A DNA stretch of 64,000 nucleotides from Octopus sinensis (lineage: Eukaryota), in NCBI RefSeq assembly GCF_006345805.1, contig NC_043017.1, positions 806,001-870,000 on the forward strand. The letters run 5' to 3'. The position numbers were made by a program, and so were the translations under genes. This document shows, piece after piece, positions 40,911-55,464 of this stretch (positions are counted from its first letter, which is position 1; each line of letters opens with the position of its first letter). The notes beneath the pieces are model-generated. The model had not been told where the DNA came from. It ran no database searches and worked only from the letters and a program-made list of their open reading frames with translations.

Positions 40911-41843
40911 TGTCCTGAGTTGAAACCTTTGGAATCATCTTGCTTTTAACGAGTCAAGATTTGATGTAAATGAATTGTCGATACCAGTAAGATACGGTGA
41001 TCCATTCATCGAATCCTACTTATCAAGTACACGGAGGAGCTGAAATTAAAAAGGAAAAGCAGATGCACTTTTCACCCTCGTATAAAAATATAGAAATTTA
41101 TTTATTTAACAATCAATTAAAATCACAGAATGACGACAGCTGTTCTAACAAGAAGTTTACAAGAACCACCAAGAATAACAACAACAACGACGACGACCAC
41201 GTCGGGGAAAATGAGATCTATAACTGTAACAGATATAGGATCGACAACGACAACAACATTAGCGATGACAGAAGGTACAACAACAACAAAAAAAACAATC
41301 TGGAAAAATTTCTGATCGTGATAAAGTGGCAAAAAAAACAAAAGGGAGCCGGGTTGCGCCTATAACCTATTTCTTGGCAAGAAATATAATTGACACAGCT
41401 GAATTTACACACAAAGTCACACGCATAGACAGATACAGGCACGCACACAAATATAGCTTCGTACACGCACACACACACACACACACACACAGACACACAC
41501 ACACACACTCACACACACATATTATTACTCTCGGAAAAAGTGCACAGATAAATTAGGATATTTATATACAGTATATTTTGGTAAGGCTCAATAATTATGC
41601 AAGTGTGTGTGTATGTGTGTACGTTTTTGTGTGTTTGTGTGTGTGCGTGTATATTTGTGTGTGAGTGAGCGTGTATGTGTACGTGAATATGTATGATCGT
41701 GTGGGCAGTATTTACGTATGATTGTCGTACCATATTAGTATATAGTACATATTAGTATATATATATATATACTGATAGATAGAGAGAGAGACACACACAC
41801 GCACATAGATAGATAGTTTAGTACAAGCACATACATCCACCTT

Positions 41844-44800
41844 GATGAACATTTCTACATATTGGCATGCCCCCAATAATACGGATGAACATTTCTACAT
41901 ATTGGCATGCCCCCAATAATACGGATGAACATTTCTACATATTGGCATGCCCCCAATAATACGGATGAACATTTCTACATATTGGCATGCCCCCAATAAT
42001 ACGGATGAACATTTCTACATATTGGGATGCCCCCAATAATACGGATGAACATTTCTACATATTGGGATGCCCCCAATAATACGGATGAACATTTCTACAT
42101 ATTGGCATGCCCCCAATAATACGGATGAACATTTCTACATATTGGCATGCCCCCAATAATACGGATGAACATTTCTACATATTGGCATGCCCCCAATAAT
42201 ACGGATGAACATTTCTACATATTGGCATGCCCCCAATAATACGGATGAACATTTCTACATATTGGCATGCCCCCAATAATACGGATGAACATTTCTACAT
42301 ATTGGCATGCCCCCAATAATACGGATGAACATTTCTACATATTGGCATGCCCCCAATAATACGGATGAACATTTCTACATATTGGCATGCCCCCAATAAT
42401 ACGGATGAACATTTCTACATATTGGCATGCCCCAATAATACGGATGAACATTTCTACATATTGGCATGCCCCAATAATACGGATGAACATTTCTACATAT
42501 TGGCATGCCCCCAATAATACGGATGAACATTTCTACATATTGGCATGCCCCCAATAATACGGATGAACATTTCTACATATTGGCATGCCCCCAATAATAC
42601 GGATGAACATTTCTACATATTGGCATGCCCCCAATAATACGGATGAACATTTCTACATATTGGCATGCCCCCAATAATACGGATGAACATTTCTACATAT
42701 TGGCATGCCCCCAATAATACGGATGAACATTTCTACATATTGGCATGCCCCCAATAATACGGATGAACATTTCTACATATTGGCATGCCCCCAATAATAC
42801 GGATGAACATTTCTACATATTGGCATGCCCCCAATAATACGGATGAACATTTCTACATATTGGCATGCCCCCAATAATACGGATGAACATTTCTACATAT
42901 TGGCATGCCCCCAATAATACGGATGAACATTTCTACATATTGGCATGCCCCCAATAATACGGATGAACATTTCTACATATTGGCATACCCCCAATAATAC
43001 GGATGAACATTTCTACATATGGCATGCCCCAATAATACGGATGAACATATCTACATATTGGCATGCCCCCAATAATACGGATGAACATTTCTACATATTG
43101 GCATGCCCCCAATAATACGGATGAACATTTCTACATATTGGCATGCCCCCAATAATACGGATGAACATATCTACATATTGGCATGCCCCCAATAATACGG
43201 ATGAACATTTCTACATATTGGCATGCCCCCAATAATACGGATGAACATTTCTACATATTGGCATGCCCCCAATAATACGGATGAACATATCTACATATTG
43301 GCATGCCCCCAATAATACGGATGAACATTTCTACATATTGGCATGCCCCCAATAATACGGATGAACATTTCTACATATTGGCATGCCCCCAATAATACGG
43401 ATGAACATTTCTACATATTGGCATGCCCCCAATAATACGGATGCACATTTCTACATATTGGCATGCCCCCAATAATACGGATGAACATTTCTACATATTG
43501 GCATGCCCCCAATAATACGGATGAACATTTCTACATATTGGCATGCCCCCAATAATACGGATGAACATTTCTACATATTGGCATGCCCCCAATAATACGG
43601 ATGAACATTTCTACATATTGGCATGCCCCCAATAATACGGATGAACATTTCTACTATTGGCATGCCCCCATAATACGGATGAACATTTCTACATATTGGC
43701 ATACCCCCAATAATACGGATGAACATTTCTACATATTGGCATGCCCCAATATACGGATGAACATATCTACATATATTGGCATGCCCCAATAATACGGATT
43801 GAACATTTCTACATATTGGCATGCCCCCAATAATACGGATGAACATTCTACATATTGGCATGTCCCCAATAATACGGATGAACATATCTACATATTGGCA
43901 TGCCCCCAATAATACGGATAACATTTCTACATATGGCATGCCCCCAATAATACGGATGAACATTTCTACATATTGGCATGCCCCCAATAATACGGATGAA
44001 CATATCTACATATTGGCATGCCCCCAATAATACGGATGAACATTTCTACATATTGGCATGCCCCCAATAATACGGATAACATTTCTACAATTGGCATGCC
44101 CCCAATAATACGGATGAACATTTCTACATATTGGCATGCCCCAATATACGGATGCACATTTCTACATATTGGCATGCCCCCAATAATACGGATGAACATT
44201 TCTACATATTGGCATGCCCCCAATAATACGGATGAACATTTCTACATATTGGCATGCCCCCAATAATACGGATGAACATTTCTACATATTGGCATGCCCC
44301 CAATAATACGGATGAACATTTCTTCTACATATTGGCATGCCCCCATAATACGGATGAACATTCTACATATTGGCATGCCCCCATAATACGGATGAACATT
44401 TCTACATATTGGCATACCCCCAATACGGATGAACATTTCTACATTTGGCATGCCCCCAATAATACGGATGAACATATCTACATATTGGCATGCCCCCAAT
44501 AATACGGATGAACATTTCTACATATTGGCATGCCCCCAATAATACGGATGAACATTTCTACATATTGGCATGCCCCAATAATACGAGAACATATCTACAT
44601 ATTGGCATGCCCCCAATAATACGGATGAACATTTCTACATATTGGCATGCCCCCAATAATACGGATGAACTTTCTACATATTGGCATGCCCCCAATAATA
44701 CGGATGAACATATCTACATATTGGCATGCCCCCAATAATACGGATGAACATTTCTACATATTGGCATGCCCCCAATAATACGGATGAACATTTCTACATA

Positions 44801-47800
44801 TTGGCATGCCCCCAATAATACGGATGAACATTTCTACATATTGGCATGCCCCCATAATACGGATGCACATTTCTACATATTGGCATGCCCCCAATAATAC
44901 GGATGAACATTTCTACATATTGGCATGCCCCCAATAATACGGATGAACATTTCTACATATTGGCATGCCCCCAATAATACGGATGAACATTTCTACATAT
45001 TGGCATGCCCCCAATAATACGGATGAACATTTCTACATATTGGCATGCCCCCAATAATACGGATGAACATTTCTCCATATTGGCATGCCCCCAATAATAC
45101 GGATGAACATTTCTACATATTGGCATGCCCCAATAATACGGATGAACATATCTACATATTGGCATCCCCCCCAATAATACGGATGAACATTTCTACATAT
45201 TGGCATGCCCCCAATAATACGGATGAACATTTCTACATATTGGCATGCCCCAATAATACGGATGAACATTTCTACATATTGGCATGCCCCCAATAATACG
45301 GATGACCATTTCTACTATTGGCAGCCCCCAATAATACGGATGAACATTTCTACATATTGGCATGCCCCCAATAATACGGATGAACATTTCTACATATTGG
45401 CATGCCCCCAATAATACGGATGAACATTTCTACATATTGGCATGCCCCCAATAATACGGATGAACATTCTACATATTGGCATGCCCCCAATAATACGGAT
45501 GCACATTTCTACATATTGGCATGCCCCCAATAATACGGATGAACATTTCTACATATTGGCATGCCCCCAATAATACGGATGAACATTTCTACATATTGGC
45601 ATGCCCCCAATATACGGATGAACATTTCTACATATTGGCATGCCCCCAATAATACGGATGAACATTTCTACATATTGGGATGCCCCCATAATACGGATGA
45701 ACATATCTACATATTGGCATGCCCCCAATAATACGGATGAACATTTCTACATATTGGCATGGCCCCAATAATACGGATGAACATTTCTACATATTGGATG
45801 CCCCCAATAATACGGATGAACATATCTACATATTGGCATGCCCCCAATAATACGGATGAACATTTCTACATATTGGCATGCCCCCAATAATACGGATGAA
45901 CATTCTACATTTTGGCATGGCCCCAATAATACGGATGAACATTTCTACATATTGGCATGCCCCCAATAATACGGATGAACATTTCTACATATTGGCATGG
46001 CCAATAATACGGATGAACATTTCTACATATTGGCATGCCCCCAATAATACGGATGAACATTCTACATATTGGCATGGCCCCAATAATACGGATGAACATT
46101 TCTACATATTGGGATGCCCCCAATAATACGGATGAACATATCTACATATTGGCATGCCCCCAATAATACGGATGAACATTTCTACATATTGGCATGCCCC
46201 CAATAATACGGATGAACATTTCTACATATTGGGATGCCCCCAATAATACGGATGAACATATCTACATATTGGCATGCCCCCAATAATACGGATGAACATT
46301 TCTACATATTGGCATGCCCCAATAATACGGATGAACATTTCTACATATTGGCATGGCCCCAATAATACGGATGAACATTTCTACATATTGGCATGCCCCC
46401 AATAATACGGATGAACATATCTACATATTGGCATGCCCCCAATAATACGGTTGAACATTTCTACATATTGGCATGCCCCCAATAATACGGATGAACATTT
46501 CTACATATTGGCATGGCCCCAATAATACGGATGAACATTTCTACATATTGGCATGCCCCCAATAATACGGATGAACATATCTACATATTGGCATGCCCCC
46601 AATAATACGGTTGAACATTTCTACATATTGGCATGCCCCCAATAATACGGATGAACATATCTACATATTGGCATGCCCCCAATAATACGGATGAACATTT
46701 CTACATATTGGCATGCCCCCAATAATACGGATGAACATATCTACATATTGGCATGCCCCCAATAATACGGATGAACATTTCTACATATTGGCATGCCCCA
46801 ATAATACGGATGAACATTTCTACATATGGCATGGCCCCAATAATACGGATGAACATTTCTACATATTGGCATGCCCCCAATAATACGGATGAACATATCT
46901 ACATATTGGCATGCCCCCAATAATACGGTTGAACATTTCTACATATTGGCATGCCCCCAATAATACGGATGAACATTTCTACATATTGGCATGCCCCAAT
47001 AATACGGATGAACATATCTACATATTGGCATGCCCCCAATAATACGGTTGAACATTTCTACATATTGGCATGCCCCCAATAATACGGATGAACATTTCTA
47101 CATATTGGGATGCCCCCAATAATACGGATGAACATATCTACATATTGGCATGCCCCAATAATACGGTTGAACATTTCTACATATTGGCATGCCCCCAATA
47201 ATACGGATGAACATTTCTACATATTGGCATGCCCCCAATAATACGGATGAACATTTCTACATATTGGGATGCCCCCAATAATACGGATGAACATATCTAC
47301 ATATTGGCATGCCCCCATAATACGGTTGAACATTTCTACATATTGGCATGCCCCCAATAATACGGATGAACATTTCTACATATTGGCATGCCCCCAATAA
47401 TACGGATGAACATTTCTACATATTGGCATGCCCCCAATAATACGGATGAACATTTCTACATATTGGCATGCCCCAATAATACGGATGCACATTTCTACAT
47501 ATTGGCATGCCCCCAATAATACGGATGAACATTTCTACATTGGCATGCCCCCAATAATACGGATGAACATTTCTACATATTGGGATGCCCCCAATAATAC
47601 GGATGAACATTTCTACATATTGGGATGCCCCCAATAATACGGATGAACATTTCTACATATTGGCATGCCCCCAATAATACGGATGAACATTTCTACATAT
47701 TGGCATGCCCCCAATAATACGGATGAACATTTCTACATATTGGATGCCCCCAATAATACGGATGAACATTTCTACATATTGGGATGCCCCCAATAATACG

Positions 47801-49447
47801 GATGAACATTTCTACATATTGGCATGCCCCCAATAATACGGATGAACATTTCTACATATTGGGGCCCCCAATAATACGGATGAACATTTCTACATATTGG
47901 CATGCCCCCAATAATACGGATGAACATTTCTACATATTGGCATGCCCCCAATAATACGGATGAACATTTCTACATATTGGCATGCCCCCAATAATACGGA
48001 TGAACATTTCTACATATTGGGATGCCCCCAATAATACGGATGAACATATCTACATATTGGCATGCCCCCAATAATACGGATGAACATTTATACATATTGG
48101 CATGCCCCCAATAATACGGATGAACATTTCTACATATTGGCATGCCCCCAATAATACGGATGAACATTTCTACATATTGGCATGCCCCCAATAATACGGA
48201 TGAACATTTCTACATATTGGCATGCCCCCAATAATACGGATGAACATATCTACATATTGGCATGCCCCCAATAATACGGATGAACATTTCTACATATTGG
48301 CATGCCCCCAATAATACGGATGAACATTTCTACATATTGGCATGCCCCCAATAATACGGATGAACATTTCTACATTGGCATGCCCCCAATAATACGGATG
48401 AACATTTCTACATATTGGGATGCCCCCAATAATACGGATGAACATATCTACATATTGGCATGCCCCCAATAATACGGATGAACATTTATACATATTGGCA
48501 TGCCCCCAATAATACGGATGAACATTTCTACATATTGGCATGCCCCCAATAATACGGATGAACATTTCTACATATTGGGATGCCCCCAATAATACGGATG
48601 AACATATCTACATATTGGCATGCCCCCATAATACGGATGAACATTTATACATATTGGCATGCCCCCAATAATACGGATGAACATTTATACATATTGGCAT
48701 GCCCCCAATAATACGGATGAACATTTCTACATATTGGGATGCCCCCAATAATACGGATGAACATTTCTACATATTGGCATGCCCCCAATAATACGGATGA
48801 ACATTTCTACATATTGGGATGCCCCCAATAATACGGATGAACATATCTACATATTGGCATGCCCCCAATAATACGGATGAACATTTATACATATTGGCAT
48901 GCCCCCAATAATACGGATGAACATTTATACATATTGGCATGCCCCCAATAATACGGATGAACATTTATACATATTGGCATGCCCCCAATAATACGGATGA
49001 ACATTTCTACATATTGGCATGGCCCCAATAATACGGATGAACATTTCTACATATTGGCATGCCCCCAATAATACGGATGAACATTTCTACATATTGGCAT
49101 GCCCCCAATAATACGGATGAACATTTCTACATATTGGCATGCCCCCAATAATACGGATGAACATTTATACATATTGGCATGCCCCCAATAATACGGATGA
49201 ACATTTATACATATTGGCATGCCCCCAATAATACGGATGAACATTTATACATATTGGCATGCCCCCAATAATACGGATGAACATTTATACATATTGGCAT
49301 GCCCCCATAATACGGATGAACATTTATACATATGGCATGCCCCCAATAATACGGATGAACATTTATACATATTGGCATGCCCCCAATAATACGGATGAAC
49401 ATTTATACATATTGGCATGCCCCCAATAATACGGATGAACATTTATA
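41844..49447. repeat. 40-bp minisatellite/satellite array, about 190 units
   Basis: Direct: unit GGATGAACATTTCTACATATTGGCATGCCCCCAATAATAC repeated head to tail with no spacers; 7604 bp / 40. Confidence 0.99.
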
Positions 49448-49730
49448 GGTGCATAAGCATTCTCTTATTCACATATACCAGCAGACATACTCGCATAGAT
49501 ACACGCATACATACATGTATACATACATTTATTTGTTCTTCTGTTTTCCCACAAGTTTATATCAAACATATAATAAGTCAGTTCTCTCCGTATACGTTCT
49601 TTTATATTATATTATTTTTCATATTCCTATGTTTTCACTATCTCTTTCATCAATACGAACAAATATTGCATGTTTGCATAGCTACGTGATCTTCTAAAAT
49701 TAGTAACCATTTCCTTATCCAGTAACAAAC

Positions 49731-50012
49731 TTGGCGCGCACGAAAATGAAAGGCTACAGCATGGGCTTAACTCTGATCGTACAAATGGACACAAGAAATT
49801 TAAAAAAAAATACTAAACTACATGGCCAACTGTTACAAGAACCAAAGAAGATGGTCAAAACGTGAATGCCTTTGTTCAGAGACCAGCTTGAGAAATTGCA
49901 TACCACCTTATTTACACCTGTTATTTTAACCAGTGTAGCTGCGCCTTCTTAGTTTGATTAGATCCGTCAACATGGCAGCACTGACAAATGAAACGCTATG
50001 GCGGAAGGCGGT
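49731..50012 (+). promoter_or_regulatory. candidate promoter and short first exon
   Basis: TTGGCGCGC (E2F-like) at 49731; CAACATGGCAGC start context (ATG 49972, MAALTNETLWRKA); second ATGGCG at 49998 (MAEG); possible GT donor at 50011; strong acceptor ttttgctttacag at 50240. Motif-level only. Confidence 0.25.
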
Positions 50013-51210
50013 TAATATTTAGAGTTGTTTAGATTTTTCTTAAAATTACAGTATTCAAAATTCTAAAGAATTCTTAAACGGTAAACATGTTTACAAAAAT
50101 GAAATGTTTTCACGCATTTGGGACATATGTAGATCTTTATATTATCGGTGAGTAGAATCTAAAATAATGATAAGAGACTGCTGAGAAGGAGATGATACCT
50201 TATTAAAATAATCTGATGTCATTTAGTTTTTGCTTTACAGGGAATTGCCCTGTATGTGCTTATACTTATGTACACATAAGGGAATTTGGATAAGTTTAGC
50301 AACATGTGTTCAGACTATCTATCATTGAATGTTCCTGTAGTGACGCCTATGTTTTATTCTGGTTTGTCCAAAATGTGATACTATGGTTTGGTAATAATGC
50401 AGGCACATCAGAGTATGTTTATATCTTGCGTTTCCTTGGTATGATTTTGTTTAGTACAAGGATGATATATTTTATGTTACTCGTGCATCTGTTGGTGACT
50501 TTTGTATTGTCTCTGGTGTATAGTTTGTTCTATTTATGTTCTGTTGGGAACTGTTTGCTAATAAGATGTACGTAGGTATGAGTTAACTAAATATTAACAC
50601 TCACAATTCTAAGTAAAAATAATAAAATTTAACTAAGCAAATACGTACAAATATGCACATACATACAGATATAGAGATACATATATTTACATATATCATT
50701 TGTAAGTATCTCTATCAGTTATATTTTCATTAATTCATTCATTATTTCACTGTAATCAGAAGGAGTTACAAAGTGTCAAAAAGGCAGGCAGCTCCACCCA
50801 TTCATCTTTATTATATTGATAGGTGTCAATGTACGAAATTCTTTGACATTTAAGTCACTTTGTAACAACTGTGGATTAAAAACATAGGTCTATATTCATG
50901 TTTTGAGTTTTATTTATAAACGCATCGGTCTATACATCATTCTATCAAGCTACATAATTCTGCATTAACAGTATACATACATGCATACATACATAGCTAA
51001 TAGTGAGGGGTTATCAATCCGGGCAGAATACTTCACAAGCTCTCTGTTGGTACACCAAACTAACAGTATTGCTAAGATTACTGACGAACTCAAAGTATTT
51101 TTATCGTAGGGGTTGACGAAAGTAGCATTAATATTTTTACTACTGGAAACAGCTGTAAGCCGAATTTACTCTAATAAATGTAAAATATGAAATGACTATT
51201 ATTAACATCT

Positions 51211-51247
<37 letters not shown>

Positions 51248-51268
51248 ATATATATATATATAGGGAGA

Positions 51269-51301
<33 letters not shown>

Positions 51302-51321
51302 ATTATATATATATATATATA

Positions 51322-51490
51322 AAGGGAGAATTCAGAATAAAACAAAAGACGAAGACAGGTGGTGTAGACAACAAACCGATGTATTTGTATAACGTTCGGG
51401 AAGTGAAGAAGTATCTACGTTCTTCCACAGAAAGGTCCACAGAAAGAAACAAGGAGAGAAAATAAAGAGAGAAAATAAAGAATGTGAAGT
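51322..51490 (-). mobile_element. Penelope-like tail fragment abutting (TA)n
   Basis: Minus strand ends ...ctacaccacctgtcttcgtcttttgtttt..gaattctccct|(TA)n; the region corresponding to the hammerhead-like motif appears deleted. Family assignment is from memory. Confidence 0.45.
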
Positions 51491-52308
51491 GGTTAGCGAT
51501 CTATCATGGGGAAAGAAACAAACGTGTAAATAAAGGGGATGAAGGAGGTACTCAAGTACTGCAGCTGTTTTATAAGCACATCACGTGTATATTACGTAGT
51601 ATTACGAACCACTTGTAGCCGTCCAGTGTACTTTTGACATCTGGTACATACGACTGTGTTGTTGGAAATTATTCGGCTTAGGAGGCCGCACTGAGATTAG
51701 TACACATCCCGCACATTACACTCCTGACAGTGAACTTATTACTTCGGTTCCTTTACAATTCCCTTGGGTGCCATGTTACATCCTAGCTCTTACTACCCAT
51801 ATATTTTCATTGTTGTTTTTCTATAAGCCCAAAGACCTTAAACATACGCATGTGTGTGTCTGCATGCATTTTTGTACGTATGAATTTGTGCCTCTATAAT
51901 TATACCTGTAAATTTGTGCATCTGTCTCATTTCACTCTGTTTTCTTTACAGCACGGTTTCTTCTTTTTGACATTAATACTTACTTCCAGCATACGTCTAT
52001 ATGTATGAAATGCTTGTGTTTCCTTATATAGTCGATATACTTTTATTTCAATATCTTACTGTTACATTTATTGTGATATCATAGGATGGTAATTGCTCGG
52101 AGAGATTTATATCTAAGTGTGTATATACTTGTAACTATTTGTTAATAATTTGTTTCTTAAATATATGCAGTGTAAAGAGTATGCAGGTAAATATTCGTAT
52201 ATTTCATTCGTGTATACATCTAAGAATATGAATGTATTTCATAAAAACCCTTCAAGGCGGTACCTTAGCTTGGCCGCAGTCAAATTACTAAAACAAGTAA
52301 AAGATAAC

Positions 52309-52408
<100 letters not shown>

Positions 52409-52423
52409 ACACATATACATATA

Positions 52424-52510
52424 TACGAGGGGTGTATGAAAAGGTGCAGGACTTCAAGGCTCAAAGGCCTTGAAGGCTCAAAACTCAAAACTTTTCATAC
52501 ATCCCTAGTA
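52424..52510. mobile_element. 87-bp mariner-type MITE
   Basis: TA-CGAGGGGTGTATGAAAAG ... CTTTTCATACATCCCTAG-TA: 20-bp TIRs with 2 mismatches, TA on both sides; CGAGGGG terminus shared with the mariner end at 6161. Confidence 0.75.
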
Positions 52511-52648
52511 AATATATATATATATATATATATACATATCTATATTATTTACAAATATATATATATATATCGATAGATAGGTAGATATATGCATGTATGT
52601 GTATATGTGTGTGCTTGTAGCTATATATATATAATATATATATATATT

Positions 52649-52722
<74 letters not shown>

Positions 52723-53104
52723 ATGTATACTGGCATCCTTCGTACGTATACATCTACGTAGCTTCCGTTTCGTGTATGTGTGAACAACTGCAAACATACA
52801 ACTAACATCATACTGTCGCCATATTTGTTTTTATTCTATTTGTATTCTTTTTCATTTTGCCTTCATTTCTCTTCCTAATATCTATCGTTCCTAAGCAATA
52901 AACATCCCAATATCTCAGCTTTCGGTTTGCCGATTGCACATTATTGAAAACATTTTATAATTCAAAACTTTTATACTGTCATATTTATTATTATATATTT
53001 ATATTTAATTTTAATACAACAATTATTTTACACACGTATATATCATTCTGAAGAACTTTCTAATATTGATTTCCTCATATTAATGATAATAATAATAATA
53101 ATAT

Positions 53105-53197
<93 letters not shown>

Positions 53198-53950
53198 TGG
53201 ACAGAGAGAGAGAGAGAGAGAAAGAGCGAGAAAGCGAGAGAGAACATTTCGTATTTCATCGGCAGTTTGTTCCTCGTCAGTTATCGCGTCCTCAATAATA
53301 ACTCTACACTTTTATTCACAACTAAATCCTATTTTAACAGCTTGTCATATAATAATTATTCACCGGGCCTTTTTCGATCGTTTTGACTTAAATAATAAGA
53401 CGAAATAATAATGATAATAATAATAATAATAATAGCAAGATAAAGAAAAATATAACAATAATAAAATTATAGAAAGAACAAACCAATCACTTTATTATTT
53501 TTCCTTAACACTCGTAGAAACGAATTGCTTAGTGTAACATTACCTAATTAGCTAGAAGGAAGAAAGTTGAAACGCTGTCACCTAGTGGTGCACGGCGATT
53601 CATTCATTTATAATTAATCCGAAATTATCGATTATCACACGTATTGATTTTTATTCGTATAATGTTTTTTGTCCTGTTTTTCGTATTAGAATTTTGTTTA
53701 CTTCATTATTAAATCTGGAATTTGATTTCTTTCCCACTTTCAGCGGCTGATTTAATGAAGCCTCTACTTTGAATTGCTTTCGGGCTGAAGAATCTATGTC
53801 TTTCTCTCTCCTCCTCACGTCTCACTTTGTCTCTCTCTCTCTATCTCGGCCTCTCTCTCTTTCCAACTCTTGTGTCTAATTGAATGTAGTTAAGTGTGCT
53901 TCAGTGTAAGTATGCAAATGCTTCTACATGTATGTGTGCATGTGTATGTA

Positions 53951-53992
<42 letters not shown>

Positions 53993-54390
53993 ATAACACG
54001 GTAAGATAACAAAAGAAAGAAAGAGACCTCAATATTATGTAAATAGAGGAAATTTATCTATACAATATGTTACATTACTCGGTAGTCAAGATAAAACTCT
54101 GAGTTTCAGATGCCGAAGTGGAAATCCACAACACCATCTCTTCGGTTATCTGGCTATTTGAAAACGTTATGAAAAAATAGCGTTAAAAATGAAGGGAAAT
54201 TACTCTGTTATAACTCTGCTTTGCCTGTGTACTTATACATCGCTCGCATTTTTCGTCATAAAAATTATATAAAAATACATAAAAATATATAAAAATATAT
54301 AAAATCTTCTTGGGACATTACACAGAAAGCATGTTCTATCCGTTTATATTTTATTTTTTCGCTAAAACCACTATCTTTTAAAGCTTTATT

Positions 54391-55280
54391 TTAAGTTATA
54401 GTAATGTAGGTTCATGCCATCCCCCTATAGTATTCAAAAATTTAGTTAAAAATATTAGTAAGAGGATTTCTAGCCTCTCATCTAATGAGGACATCTTCAA
54501 TAGCGTTGCCCCAGTTTATAATAAAGCTTTAAAAGATAGTGGTTTTAGCGAAAAAATAAAATATACACCTATCACCAGCCCAACAATAAGGAAAAGGAAT
54601 AAGAGAAATAGGAAGGTCATCTGGTTTACGCCCCCTTACTCACCCGAGGTGGCCTTCAATATAGGTAAATATTTCCTAGCACTGATAGATAGACATTTTC
54701 CAGTTAACCATGCTTATAGGAAACTCTTCAATAGACACAATTTAAAAATTAGTTTTAGTTCAACTACCAATTTAAAAACATAATCAATCATAACATACAA
54801 AAAACACAAGAAGAAAACAGCTGTTCATGCAGGAATAAAGAATTGTGCCCGCTAAATGGAGCTTGCATGTCCAAGACCATCATATATGAAGCTACCGTAA
54901 ACTCTATAACCACTAAAGACACCGTTTCGACGAAGAAATACGTGGGCCTGACAGAGGGTAATTTCAAGGCCAGGTTCAATAACCACACTTTGAGCTTTAG
55001 GCACTGGAACAAAAGAAAAGCGACACAATTATCCAATCATATTTGGTCTTTAAGAGATAAAGGTGTCGATTATAACATACAATGGAAGATTTTGGCCAGA
55101 TGTAAGCCCTATACCAACGGCAGCGGAAGGTGCGGTTTATGCGACATGGAGAGATGGCTTATCTGGAAAAGCAGCTTAGACCCTACCACATGTCTAAATA
55201 CAAGGACAGAGCTTTTCGGATCATGTCCACATGTGACTAAATTTCTGTTACGTTTTTGGTCCCCTAAAGAAAACGGATAG
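54391..55280 (+). pseudogene. Penelope RT C-terminus/linker plus GIY-YIG endonuclease, one frameshift
   Basis: 54391-54783: SCHPPIVFKNLVKNISKRISSLSSNEDIF...KVIWFTPPYS...FPVNHAYRKLFNRHNLKISFS; frameshift in the A5 run at 54774-54778; then CSCRNKELCPLNGAC...IIYEA...KYVGLTEGNFKARFNNH...LSNHIW...CGLC..E...LNTRTELFGSCPH. Confidence 0.92.
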
Positions 55281-55464
55281 AACATGCTTTCTGTGTAATG
55301 TCCCAAGAAGATTTTATATATTTTTATATATTTTTATGTATTTTTATATAATTTTTATGACGAAAAATGCGAGAGATGTATAAGTACACAGGCAAAGCAG
55401 AGTTATAACAGAGTAATTTCCCTTCATTTTTAACGGTATTTTTTCATAACATTTTCAAATAGCC

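Noticed and set aside
43571-49442. ORFs such as MPPIIRMNISTYWHAP and MGACQYVEMFIRIIGG as repeat proteins
   Set aside because: They are translations of a 40-bp unit (not a multiple of 3) that cycle through frames and arise from indels.
41844-49447. CRISPR array
   Set aside because: Units are contiguous with no unique spacers, there are no cas genes, and the context is eukaryotic.
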